Assembly (NCBI GenBank): GCA_963848325.1
Contig: CAWKDJ010000010.1
Location: 24,689 to 88,688 of the forward strand
Direction of reading: 5' to 3'
Origin: an uncultured Acidobacteriaceae bacterium
Lineage (GTDB): Bacteria; Acidobacteriota; Terriglobia; Terriglobales; Acidobacteriaceae
Length of the DNA stretch: 64,000 bases
Made by a program: the position numbers and the translations under genes. Position 1 is the stretch's first letter. Each line of letters begins with the position of its first letter. Of this stretch, positions 42,129-52,076 are shown piece by piece. The notes under the pieces were generated by a model. The model was not told the DNA's origin. It did no database searches and was given only the letters and a program-made list of their open reading frames with translations.

Positions 42129-43547
42129 GTGACAAAACTTAGCTTCTGCAAAACGACACTAGCAATCATCATTCTGGCCGCCTTAAGCTCACTTGGCTTG
42201 CAGGCGCAGACCTTCACAACCCTGGCAGAATTCAACGGCAACAACGGCTTCGCTCCAGTGGGGAAGCTCGTTCAGGGCACAGACGGCAACCTCTACGGCT
42301 TTGCCGGTGCGAACGGAGCAGGTAACTCCGCCAACGGCACAATTTTCAAGGTCACACCCAGCGGCGTCTTGACCACTATTTACTCGTTCGGCGAACCTGT
42401 TGAAGGGGCGCTGACCTTGGCCAATGATGGAAATTTCTATGGGCCCCAATCCGGCAGTTTCGTGAATGGGGATTATGGAAGCGTCTTCAAACTGTCTCCT
42501 CAGGGCGATCTTACGACCCTGTACACGTTCTGCACGGTTCCGGGATGCCCGGACGGAGAGTATCCCGCCGGATTGACTCTGGCCAGCGACGGCAATTTCT
42601 ATGGGACAACCATTGGCCCCCCAGCCACCATTTTCAAAATCACGCCTGGGGGTCAGCTGACGACCCTCTACGTGTTCGAGAATACCGATGGGGACAACGC
42701 GCCATCGAGCGGCGTAATCGAGGCGAACGACGGGAACTTCTATGGCACCAACCTTTACGGAGGCCTTTCGTGCGGTTCCTTCGGCTGTGGCTATATTTTT
42801 GAGATCACGCCTGGGGGAGTCTTTAGCACCGTCTATGAATTTAGTGCCGCCCCCTACGCAGGCTTTCAGCCGCTTGCCGCCCTGGTGCAGGCGTCGGACA
42901 GCAGTTTCTACGGCTCGACGACATCCGGTGGATACCGCTGCACTTTCGATCAGCTCTGCGGCACACTGTTCCAAATGACCCGCGACGGAAAAGTATCAAC
43001 GGCCTTTTTCTTTGATCGGCTGACCACTGGGTATGATCCCAGAACCACGATGATCCAGGCCACAGACGGAAACCTTTACGGGACTACGTTGATAGGCGGT
43101 GCGAACGGTGGTTGGGGCACAATTTTCAATCTGACGCTTGGCCGGAGCTTCACGCCCTTACACACCTTCGACCTGACTGATGGCTCAGCGCCGAATGGCC
43201 TTATGCAAGCCACCAGCGGCATGTTTTATGGGACGACTGCTGAAGGAGGTATTTCGTCCTGCACCCGCAACGGTTGCGGCACCATCTTCAGCCTGAACAT
43301 GGGCTTGGAACCCTTCGTGTCATTCGTGGTTCGCGCCGGTAAGGTCGGTCAAACCGGCGGCATTCTCGGCCAGGGTTTCACTGGCACGACCAGCGTCGAG
43401 ATCAACGGCGTTCCCGCGAACTTCAAAGTTGTTTCAGACACGTATCTGACCGCCACCGTTCCGCCCGGCGCGACCACCGGCTACGTCACCGTCACCACGC
43501 CCAAGGGTGTGCTGACCAGCAATGTGCCGTTTCGCGTAATCAGGTAG
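42129..43547 (+). CDS. secreted beta-propeller tandem-repeat protein (GloVer/'choice-of-anchor'-like) with C-terminal IPT/TIG-like domain
   Basis: GTG start with an AAGAGG Shine-Dalgarno. Signal peptide. About 8 repeats of ~45 aa. C-terminal 'VGQTGGILGQGFTGTTSVEINGVPANFKVVSDTYLTATVPPGATTGYVTVTTP'. Confidence 0.8.
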   Translation: MTKLSFCKTTLAIIILAALSSLGLQAQTFTTLAEFNGNNGFAPVGKLVQGTDGNLYGFAGANGAGNSANGTIFKVTPSGVLTTIYSFGEPVEGALTLANDGNFYGPQSGSFVNGDYGSVFKLSPQGDLTTLYTFCTVPGCPDGEYPAGLTLASDGNFYGTTIGPPATIFKITPGGQLTTLYVFENTDGDNAPSSGVIEANDGNFYGTNLYGGLSCGSFGCGYIFEITPGGVFSTVYEFSAAPYAGFQPLAALVQASDSSFYGSTTSGGYRCTFDQLCGTLFQMTRDGKVSTAFFFDRLTTGYDPRTTMIQATDGNLYGTTLIGGANGGWGTIFNLTLGRSFTPLHTFDLTDGSAPNGLMQATSGMFYGTTAEGGISSCTRNGCGTIFSLNMGLEPFVSFVVRAGKVGQTGGILGQGFTGTTSVEINGVPANFKVVSDTYLTATVPPGATTGYVTVTTPKGVLTSNVPFRVIR

Positions 43548-43572
43548 AATGCGTGCTCCAGGAGGAGACCGC

Positions 43573-44976
43573 ATGTCCAAACTCAGCTTCAGAAGCCAGG
43601 TTTCACTGCTTGTATTGTTTGCGGCCAGCGTCGTGGCCGCGCCCGCGCAAACTTTCACCCGCTTGCACGTGTTCCTCGGCCCCGAGGGCGCCAATCCCTA
43701 CGTCGGGCTCACTCAGGGACGCGACGGAGATTTCTACGGCACCACGATCGACGGCGGGGCTTACGGTTCGGGCAACGTTTTCAGAATGGGTCCAGGCGGT
43801 GGGGTAACTTCGCTTTACGACTTCTGCGCGCAAGCCCTCTGCCCCGATGGGCAGTATCCCGATAGCGTGCTGGCGCTGGGCAACGACGGCAACTTCTATG
43901 GCACCACGCAAAACGGTGGCACCAACGGCGGCTATGGCACGGTGTTCAAAATTACGCGGGACGGCGTTCTGACCGTTCTGCATAGCTTCGACGCTGCCGA
44001 CGGCGCATCGCCTTACGGTTCGCTGGTGCTGGCGTCTGACGGCGCGTTCTACGGGACGACGAACGTAGGCGGAACTTACGGCGGCGGCAACGTTTTCAAA
44101 ATCACGCCCAGCGGAAATCTCACTACGCTGTACACATTCTGCTCGCAAGGCGGTTGCAGCGACGGGCAATACTCGGTCGGTTCGCTCATTCAGGCGAGCG
44201 ATGGCAATATTTACGGCACCACCCATGCCGGCGGCAACACTAGTTGCACCGACGGCTGCGGGACGATTTTCCGCATCACTCTGGGCGGCAACTTCGCCAC
44301 TTTGTATCGCTTTGATACCACCGACGGCGAATATCCTTACGGCGGAGTGGTGGAAGGCAGCGACGGCGCGCTTTACGGAACCACGGGCGGCGGGGGGACG
44401 GGCGGTTTCGGCACGGTTTTCCGCTTTGACGGCGGTAGCAAGCTGACGACCCTGCACAGTTTTCAGGGGAGCGATGGGGCCACGCCTTACGCGCTCATGT
44501 CCGCCAATGACGGAAATCTGTATGGCACGACTTCAACCGGCGGCAGCCGTTCGCGCGGCACCATTTTTGAAATTACGACCGCGGATGCTTTCACCACGTT
44601 GCATAACTTTACCGGACCCGACGGCGCGCTCATCTACGCCGGCCTGCTGCAAGCGACCAGCGGCGCGTTTTACGGCACGGCGTACTTTGGCGGACACGCC
44701 GACGATGGCAACGTCTTCAGCCTCAACAACGGATTGGGCCCGTTTGTGACGTTTGTCGTTCCGGCGGGCAAAGTCGGCCAAACCGGCGGCATTCTCGGCC
44801 AGGGATTGACCGGGACGTCGAGCGTCTCGATCAATGGGCTGCAAGCGGCGTTCCACGTCGTGTCAGACACTTATCTGACGGTCACGGTTCCGGCCGGAGC
44901 GAACACCGGCTTTGTGACTGTGATTACGCCCAATGCGGTGCTGACGAGTAATGTGCAGTTCAGGGTGATTCAGTAA
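43573..44976 (+). CDS. secreted beta-propeller tandem-repeat protein, paralog 3, with C-terminal IPT/TIG-like domain
   Basis: AGGAGG Shine-Dalgarno. Signal peptide 'MSKLSFRSQVSLLVLFAASVVAAPAQ'. Same repeat architecture. Confidence 0.8.
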   Translation: MSKLSFRSQVSLLVLFAASVVAAPAQTFTRLHVFLGPEGANPYVGLTQGRDGDFYGTTIDGGAYGSGNVFRMGPGGGVTSLYDFCAQALCPDGQYPDSVLALGNDGNFYGTTQNGGTNGGYGTVFKITRDGVLTVLHSFDAADGASPYGSLVLASDGAFYGTTNVGGTYGGGNVFKITPSGNLTTLYTFCSQGGCSDGQYSVGSLIQASDGNIYGTTHAGGNTSCTDGCGTIFRITLGGNFATLYRFDTTDGEYPYGGVVEGSDGALYGTTGGGGTGGFGTVFRFDGGSKLTTLHSFQGSDGATPYALMSANDGNLYGTTSTGGSRSRGTIFEITTADAFTTLHNFTGPDGALIYAGLLQATSGAFYGTAYFGGHADDGNVFSLNNGLGPFVTFVVPAGKVGQTGGILGQGLTGTSSVSINGLQAAFHVVSDTYLTVTVPAGANTGFVTVITPNAVLTSNVQFRVIQ

Positions 44977-45045
44977 GGAGTGAGAGCGCGTGGTGGCCTT
45001 CGCTCTTATCGAGGGCCACCTAGCAAACCACGAGTCACGCCACAC

Positions 45046-45687
45046 TCACTCCGACTCCCGCCCGCTCGCCCGACTCACTCCGTGGCTCACGGCATAAAGG
45101 ACGAGTTCCACCCGCGATGAAACCCCAACTTTATCGAAAATTCGAAACAGATATTTCTTGATGGTGTTTTCGCTGAGGCCAAGTTCGAGGGCAATGTCGC
45201 GATTGCTCATCCCTTCGGCAACCAGCGCGACCACTTCTTCCTCGCGGGCGGTGAGCAGTTTCATTCCCTCACTGTTCACCACGCGCAGGCCGGGCGTCAG
45301 CGTGAATGCTTCGAGCAGGTAGGCAAGCTGTTGGTTGCTCACCCAGATCTCTCCTTGATGAACCCGGTGAACGCACTTGCAGAGCAGGCGGAAGGAGGAA
45401 TCGGCAAGGCGGAACACTCCTCGGGCGCCGGAGCGGAAGGCATTGACCACGGGATCCGGGTCCGATTCCTGAAGCAGCAGCACCTTGGCAACCTGCGGAT
45501 GCGCAAGATGGAAGTTGCGCAGGACGTTGTCATCGTTGGTTTTTATGAGTGCAACGTCGATTGCCCCTTGGGCGATGGCGTCCGCCATGGCGTCGATATC
45601 AAGCGCGCAGGAGGTCACATGAAATTCCGGTCGGCGGCGCAGCGCTCCGACCAGCAGTTTGCAGTGCATGAAGTCTGAATCAGCCAC
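45046..45687 (-). CDS. LuxR/NarL-family response regulator (REC + HTH_LuxR)
   Basis: C-terminal 'LTAREEEVVALVAEGMSNRDIALELGLSENTIKKY'. REC-like 'ILVADSD...DVALIK'. No in-frame ATG near the REC start, so I took GTG 45687. Confidence 0.7.
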   Translation of the reverse strand: MADSDFMHCKLLVGALRRRPEFHVTSCALDIDAMADAIAQGAIDVALIKTNDDNVLRNFHLAHPQVAKVLLLQESDPDPVVNAFRSGARGVFRLADSSFRLLCKCVHRVHQGEIWVSNQQLAYLLEAFTLTPGLRVVNSEGMKLLTAREEEVVALVAEGMSNRDIALELGLSENTIKKYLFRIFDKVGVSSRVELVLYAVSHGVSRASGRESE

Positions 45688-46052
45688 CAGAATGCCGATT
45701 GGTTGCGGACTTACCGCCGGACGCGTTGCCCATAGATTCCCAGTGTGTAATCGCCAAGAATAACCCTCCCAGCTGTCTTTTTCTGTGACCGTTCGACATC
45801 GCCGAAAACCATATTCATGTGGAAAAGTTTTGGCTGCGCCCGCGTCCCGTTCCTGCACTCAATGGCAAGCGCTGCGTTTCGGGGTGTGAGGAGATGTTTT
45901 CCTCCTGAGGGCAGAAAATGCGGCAAGTCTACTTTGCTGAGCCCACGAAAGTAGTGCCCATCGCCATCAAGTGCTATCCACGCCGGTGGATCACCCTTTC
46001 CAAGTCTTGTGAGTGGCTGGGCTTCTGACTATTCTGCGCAGGTACTTGGAAA

Positions 46053-46808
46053 TTGAACCGCAGATCAATGACGCGCAAGCAAGCCATTTTCGTAGTGATT
46101 GTTCTCTGCTGCATAGGGCAGCGGAAGCTGGTGGTGGCCGCGTGCCAGGAGCAACAGCCTGAGACAACTGTTGCGCCAGCACAGACAGCAGACACCACAA
46201 AATCGGAAGCGGCGGACGGCAAACAGAGTCCAGCCCTGACGGGAGTGCGCCGTCCGCTCTACCGGTTGCGAAAAAGCGATGTGATGGACATTGATTTTGC
46301 TTTCTCTCCGCAGTTGGACCAGACGGTCACGGTGCAGCCGGATGGCTTTATACCGCTCAAGGGAGTGGACCCGGTTTACGCGGAAGGATCGACGGTGCCG
46401 GAGTTGCAGCGAGCCATTCGGCAGGCCTATGCCGGAGTTCTGCACGATCCGGTGGCCACGGTGCTGCTGAAAGATTTCGACAAACCTTATTTTATTGCGG
46501 CCGGCGAGCTTGGACACCCCGGCAAATACGAACTGCGCTCCGACACGACGGTAACGGAAGCAGTAGCGATTGCCGGGGGGTTCACGCCGCGTTCGAAGCA
46601 TTCCCAGGTTGTGCTGTTTCGTCGGATTTCTGACGACACCGTCGAATCTCATCTGCTCAACGTGAAAAACATGGTGAAGGCCGGCACCCTGGGCGAAGAC
46701 ATGCACTTGCGAACCGGCGATCTGTTGTTTGTTCCGCAAAACATGATGTCAAAGATCAGGCAGTTTCTGCCCGCATCCAGCCTTGGTCTCTATGCCAATC
46801 AATTTTAG
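46053..46808 (+). CDS. polysaccharide export protein (Wza-like, Poly_export + SLBB), lipoprotein
   Basis: Lipobox 'VVAAC'. Poly_export core 'YRLRKSDVMDIDF...TVQPDGFIPLKGV'. Confidence 0.8.
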   Translation: MNRRSMTRKQAIFVVIVLCCIGQRKLVVAACQEQQPETTVAPAQTADTTKSEAADGKQSPALTGVRRPLYRLRKSDVMDIDFAFSPQLDQTVTVQPDGFIPLKGVDPVYAEGSTVPELQRAIRQAYAGVLHDPVATVLLKDFDKPYFIAAGELGHPGKYELRSDTTVTEAVAIAGGFTPRSKHSQVVLFRRISDDTVESHLLNVKNMVKAGTLGEDMHLRTGDLLFVPQNMMSKIRQFLPASSLGLYANQF

Positions 46809-46871
46809 GGGGAATTAGCAGCTGCAACCGTTGATGGAAGCGTATGCATCGTCCGGCGAATTAGGATTGTT

Positions 46872-48395
46872 ATGGCAGAGAATCTCACCCTCGTCCCGAA
46901 GCCACCGCAGGAGCAGTCCCCGACTGTGCGAGATCTGTTGGCGGTTCTCTTCCGGCAGCCGCGCCTGGTGCTGATCTCCTTCGTCCTGACCTTCCTTGGC
47001 ATTTTTGTCTATGGACTGGTTTTCCCCCCTTATGAATCGGAGATGAAGGTTCTGCTGCGCCGCGGACGCGTCGATCCCGTGGTTACGCCGATTGGCAGCC
47101 AACCCGAATTCGAGCGCGAGGAAGTAACCGAAGAAGAAGTGAACTCGGAAGCCGAGTTGTTGCAGGACGATGAGATTCTCCGCACGGTGGTCCAGAACGC
47201 CGGCCTGATCTCAGATGGACAGTCATGGTTCTGGAACATGGTTGGGGACACTCCTGAGCGGCAACTGGCACGAGCGGTACGACGAACCCAAAAGCGGCTA
47301 ACGGTGGAAGCCGTGCGCAAAGCTGCTTTGATCACGGTAACTTATGGCTCTTCCGACGCCGAACGCGGACGCAAGGTCTTGCACGCGCTGGCTGACGCCT
47401 ACCTCGAGCGGCACCATCAGGTGCATCGCCCGTCGGGGGAATTCAGCTTCTTCGACCGGCAAGTGGAGCAGTCGCGCCACTCCCTGGAAGATGCCGAGCT
47501 TCGTCTGATGGCGTTCTCTCGCGATCAAGGTGTCATCTCCGCGGCCCAGGAGCGCGACATGGCGCTGCAAAAGCTCAACGAGGCCGACGCGGACGACCGG
47601 CAGACGCAAGTTGCGATCGCCGAGAACTTAGAGCGCATGCGCGCTTTGCAGGAGAAGCTCAATTCCCTGCCGGAACGGACCCTGACCCAGATTCGCAATT
47701 CCGACAATCCGCAACTACTGGAAAAAATGAAGAGCCGTTTGCTTGACCTCGAGCTTAAGCGGACAGACCTGCTCACGCAGTACGAGCCCACTTATCGATT
47801 AGTACAGGAAGTGGACCAGCAGATCGAGCAGACAAAGGCGGCGATCGCCGGCGAAGAACAGGCTCCTGTCCGCGACCAGGCAAGCGATCTGGAACCAAAC
47901 CACGAATGGGCTAAGTCTGAATTGGTGAAAGCCGAGGTCCAAGCCGTCGCCATGGCCGCGCACGCGCGAGCGGAGTCTTCCCTCTTAATTCATTACCGCG
48001 AAACTGCACATGAACTGAGTGACCGCGCTACCCAACAAGAAGTTCTTCTCCAACAGCTGAAAGAGACGGAAGACAAGTACTTGCTGTACGTCAATAAGCG
48101 CGAAGAGGCGCGGGTTGGCGACGCATTAGACCAGGGCGGAATTCTGAACGTCGCGATTGCGGAACAACCTGTTGTTCCCGCGCTGGCCAAGATTTCTCCC
48201 ATCGGCTTTGGATTGATCGGGCTCGGCTGCGCTGGCGTTTTCAGCATCGGGCTTGCGTTTGTCACCGACTACCTGAATCCAGCATTCCGCACACCGGACG
48301 AAGTCATCGCGTACTTGCATGCTCCGGTGCTGGCTTCGCTTCCGCGCGGAAGCGGCACTCACCTGGACGATTTCCAGCCGGGAGAGACCGAATGA
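46872..48395 (+). CDS. polysaccharide co-polymerase (Wzz/GumC-like chain-length determinant) without a kinase domain
   Basis: N-terminal TM, a long coiled-coil periplasmic region, and a C-terminal TM 'IGFGLIGLGCAGVFSIGLAFV'. Confidence 0.8.
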   Translation: MAENLTLVPKPPQEQSPTVRDLLAVLFRQPRLVLISFVLTFLGIFVYGLVFPPYESEMKVLLRRGRVDPVVTPIGSQPEFEREEVTEEEVNSEAELLQDDEILRTVVQNAGLISDGQSWFWNMVGDTPERQLARAVRRTQKRLTVEAVRKAALITVTYGSSDAERGRKVLHALADAYLERHHQVHRPSGEFSFFDRQVEQSRHSLEDAELRLMAFSRDQGVISAAQERDMALQKLNEADADDRQTQVAIAENLERMRALQEKLNSLPERTLTQIRNSDNPQLLEKMKSRLLDLELKRTDLLTQYEPTYRLVQEVDQQIEQTKAAIAGEEQAPVRDQASDLEPNHEWAKSELVKAEVQAVAMAAHARAESSLLIHYRETAHELSDRATQQEVLLQQLKETEDKYLLYVNKREEARVGDALDQGGILNVAIAEQPVVPALAKISPIGFGLIGLGCAGVFSIGLAFVTDYLNPAFRTPDEVIAYLHAPVLASLPRGSGTHLDDFQPGETE

Positions 48396-49120
48396 GCACC
48401 TTCATCCGTCTCATGCCCCAGGCTTTCGAGGGCGAAACCGCCGAGGCAACGGCCAAACCGCAACCGCAAGAAGTCGCAGCGTCCAGGCCGGTTGTACGGG
48501 AGATGGAGTCGTTCGCCGATGAGCAGATCGCCGGGCTGGTGCGGCAAGTTTATCTCACAGGTGCGAAGCCGGCGCGACAAGTTGTGTTCAGCGCTGTCGA
48601 CCGGGAAACGAAAATCTCTGGTCTTTGCCAAAGAATCGCGGGAGCGTTGAGCGAGCAGGCATCCGGCACAACCTGTTGGTTGAATGCGAACTTTCAGAAT
48701 CGAGACTCGCAGCTCGCCGAAGCCCGCCGGTTTCAGGCCGGAGACGATCTGAAACGGTTCGGCGGCCTGCGCGATGCCTCACAGCAACTTTCCAACCAGC
48801 TTTGGTGCATGCCTGCTGAAGTTTTCCTGGGGGAAGGTAATGGATTATCCGCAACCTGGTTGCGCGCGCGCCTGGCTGAATTGCGCCTGGAATTTGACCA
48901 CGTGGTGATTCAAGGCTCTACCTGCGGAGCAACCAATCAAGACTCCCTACTCGCCGGCGTGTGTGACGGGATGGTTTTGGTTCTGGAGGCGAATGTCACG
49001 CGCCGGGTCTCAGCGCGAAAAGTCAAAGAAACGTTGGATGCGGCCCATGTGCGGCTTTTGGGCACCGTCCTCAGCGAGCGCAGATTCCCGATTCCGCATG
49101 CGATTTACAAGCGGGTATAA
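48392..49120 (+). CDS. degenerate BY-kinase-like P-loop protein (Walker A replaced by 'SAVDRETKIS', no C-terminal Tyr cluster)
   Basis: ATGA overlap with the PCP gene. Sits where the CpsD/Wzc kinase would be and shows that fold's layout, but the catalytic motifs are eroded. Confidence 0.55.
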   Translation: MSTFIRLMPQAFEGETAEATAKPQPQEVAASRPVVREMESFADEQIAGLVRQVYLTGAKPARQVVFSAVDRETKISGLCQRIAGALSEQASGTTCWLNANFQNRDSQLAEARRFQAGDDLKRFGGLRDASQQLSNQLWCMPAEVFLGEGNGLSATWLRARLAELRLEFDHVVIQGSTCGATNQDSLLAGVCDGMVLVLEANVTRRVSARKVKETLDAAHVRLLGTVLSERRFPIPHAIYKRV

Positions 49121-49137
49121 GGACAAGGTGAATTCAG

Positions 49138-50749
49138 GTGGCAACCGCAATCTTCGACAATTACCCGCCGGATGGGCGAAATAGGTTTCCTTCGCGATTA
49201 ATTCCCGGCGCACACGCGTTCAACGGAGCACTGCCTCGCCGAAAAGCGGCCTCCGCAGCTATTGAAGCGAAAATATGGGAGTGGCCGGGAGACCTCTTCC
49301 GCCCACCCCGGCTTTCATTGTGGCGAAGGATCTTCGCCGCGGTGTTGCCGCAGCCCGCGACTCGAAATCTGCGGCTGGGGTTGGCGATGGCTGTAGTTAG
49401 CGACTTCTTCATCATTCTTGTCAGCTTTCTGACGTGCGGCATCTGTTTCGCATTTTTCCGTTCTTCCCCGCTCTCGTATTCCGCAATTTTTCCACGCGCC
49501 GGTCTCAGCACGCTACTTTTATATGGCACAGTCTTCACTTTATTGGGGTATTCCGAACGTCTTTATCAGCCGGAAACGATTCGGTCGCCGTCTCGAGAAT
49601 GCTCGCTTCTTGCCAAGGTAGCTGCCTGGTCGACGGCGATGGTGGTCGCGATCTTTGCAGTTTCCATGACCCCTGAGGTGCCCGGTTCTTAACCTGGCCG
49701 CCAGTGCTCCCCTCAGCTGCCTGCTCATGCTTGGAGCCAGGTATTGGCGTCGCAGATCGTGGAGAACAAGTAGAGCCGGAAGTCACGTCAGGAACGTGCT
49801 GATTATCGGGGCTGGAAAAGTGGGCCGCGACCTGGCTCAGCGCTTGCAGCAGGACCATCCGCGACAACGAATCGTTCGCGGATTTCTCGATGACGAGTTT
49901 CCGACCGGTGGCGATATTCACGGCTGCATCGCCGATCTGGCCCGCGTCTCGCGCCATCACTTCGTGGATGAAATCATCCTTGCCATCCTCCCGCATTCTC
50001 AGGCGGCAAAGCGAGTAATTTCCGAGGCGCGGCGCAACCGGATTGACGTAAAAATTGTGCCTGACCTACTGGGGTTTGATCCGGCCGGGGTCTCATTCGA
50101 AAACGTCAACGGCATTCCCCTGCTCACTCTTTGTGAAGAACCGGTGCCAACGGTGGGCCTGCTATTCAAGCGGACAGTAGACGTGATCCTGTCCACATCC
50201 GCATTGGTACTCTTTGCTCCGCTCTTCGGAGTGATTGCCATTGCGATCAAACTGGACTCGCGAGGAGCGGTGCTCTATCGCGCAACGAGATTGGGCCGTA
50301 AGGGTCAACGTTTCGAATGCTGCAAGTTCCGCACAATGGTCGCCAATGCCGACGCGATCAAAGAAACACTTCGCGCTCTGAACGAACGGCAAGGCGCGTT
50401 CTTCAAAATCTCCAACGATCCGCGAGTCACCCCAGTCGGCCGGATCCTCCGCCGCTACAGTCTCGACGAATTGCCCCAGCTTTGGAACGTTCTTCGCGGC
50501 GAGATGAGTTTGGTCGGTCCGCGGCCCCATCCGCTGGACGACTTCGAGCGATATCGAGTGGAAGATTTGCAGCGCCTGGAGATCACGCCCGGGTTAACGG
50601 GATTATGGCAGGTCATGGCACGGCGCGATCCGTCATTCGAACGCGGAATGATGCTCGACCGCGATTACATCGGCCGCTGGAGTCTCTGGATGGACTTCAA
50701 GATCATGTGCCGGACAGTGGCCGTCGTGTTGCGCGGAGAGGGAACATAG
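49138..50749 (+). CDS. initiating polyprenyl-phosphate sugar phosphotransferase (WcaJ/EpsL 'bacterial sugar transferase' family), frameshift near 49690
   Basis: TM N-terminus in frame 1. The C-terminal catalytic domain 'VLYRATRLGRKGQRFECCKFRTM...LPQLWNVLRGEMSLVGPRP' is in frame 2. Confidence 0.8.
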
Positions 50750-50751
50750 CG

Positions 50752-52076
50752 ATGCCGGCGATCGAACAAACCGCGCCACGAAGTCTTGCCTGCGATTTGG
50801 TCGCTGGGACGATCTTAAGCGGATTTCGCCCCCTTCAAGCAATGATCGCCGCCCCGCCAATTTTGTTCATGGCGGTCATGGGATTGATGCTTTTTCATCC
50901 TCCTGACTACCGTTTCCCCCCCTATGACCGGATTGCGTTTCTGTTGCTGACGTTCATCGTCGGCTTGCGCACCTGCATTCTGAGAAAACGGGTGGTGGTT
51001 GGCGGGCCCGTGACCTGGCCCATGCTTGGGCTGGTCGTGCTGGCACTCGGCGGAGTTTTGGCCCAGCCCTACGATCCCGAAACCTGGAGCATGTTTGCCG
51101 CCAAATGGTTCTTGCCATTCGCCCTGTTTGCATTGGCCGGCCATATATTCGACAGTTCGTCGTCTCTACGGCAATTCGAAGTTTTCTCCCTGATCGTGCT
51201 CGGGTATCTGGGTCTAATCGCGATTTTTTTCCTGATCGGCACCAAACAGTTGATCTTTCCGCGTTACATTTTGGATGAAGGTCTGGGCATCCATTCGACC
51301 GCGCGCGCGGACCTTTTCTACAGGCGGTTGCCAACGGAGTAGCACTCAACATTCTGGGATTGGTCGCCCTGGATTCATTCCGTCGAAAACGCCTGCGCAG
51401 TGTACTGGCTCTCCTTTTATTGGCCGGATTGCCGCTCGCGATTGTCGCCACCCGGACGCGAGCAGTCTGGCTATCGTTTGCAGCGTCGATTCTCGCCCTG
51501 TTGATGTTCAGTCCAAGCCGCCGCTTGCGCCGCGCTTGCCTGGCCACTGCTCTCGCGGGAATTTTGGCCGTTCTTCTTTTGGCTGCGTTTGGAGACGGGC
51601 ATCGGTCGTTGAGCGAGCGGCTCGAGGATAGCAGTCCGGTCAGGTTCCGCATGGCGGTCTACGAAGCCGGATGGGAGATGTTCCAAAAGAAACCGCTAAC
51701 TGGATGGGACGCCAAGGCAATGCAGGCCGAGCTTGCCAGCCGCATCAGCGAATTTCACCAGGAGCAGTATTACTTCCACAACACTTTCCTTGAGGTTTTG
51801 GTGCAGTACGGGGTAATCGGATTGGCTCTCTATGTCTGGTTGGTCGTGGACCTCTTTCGCATTGGACGACTGCTACCTGGCGCCGCCGAACCGGCCGGGA
51901 ATTTTCTCGACCTGCGGTTCCGTACAGTTTGGCCAGTAATCCTGATGGTCTACGTCGTCAACAGCATGTTTGTGGTGATGAATTATCAGTTCGTCAACGG
52001 TTTTCTGTTTACCATGGCGGGAATGCTGGCGGCGCAAAATCGCAAGCATTGTGGAGAGCAGAATGCCGTCCGCTGA
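50752..52076 (+). CDS. O-antigen ligase / Wzy-like polymerase family membrane protein, frameshift near 51330
   Basis: Multi-TM with the Wzy_C-like 'HNTFLEVLVQYGVIGL'. ATG 50752 lies 2 nt after the sugar transferase stop. Confidence 0.7.

Noticed and set aside
42189-42974. 261-aa minus-strand ORF, and similarly 43603-44457
   Set aside because: Antisense to the GloVer-repeat genes. Gly/Thr-rich coding produces long open antisense frames.
46029-46043. Candidate sigma-54 promoter TGGAAATTGAACCGC upstream of wza
   Set aside because: The GG-N10-GC spacing is right, but the -24/-12 elements are degenerate and it lies less than 10 bp from the wza ATG, leaving no 5' UTR.
46065-46739. 224-aa minus-strand ORF
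   Set aside because: Antisense to the Wza-like gene.
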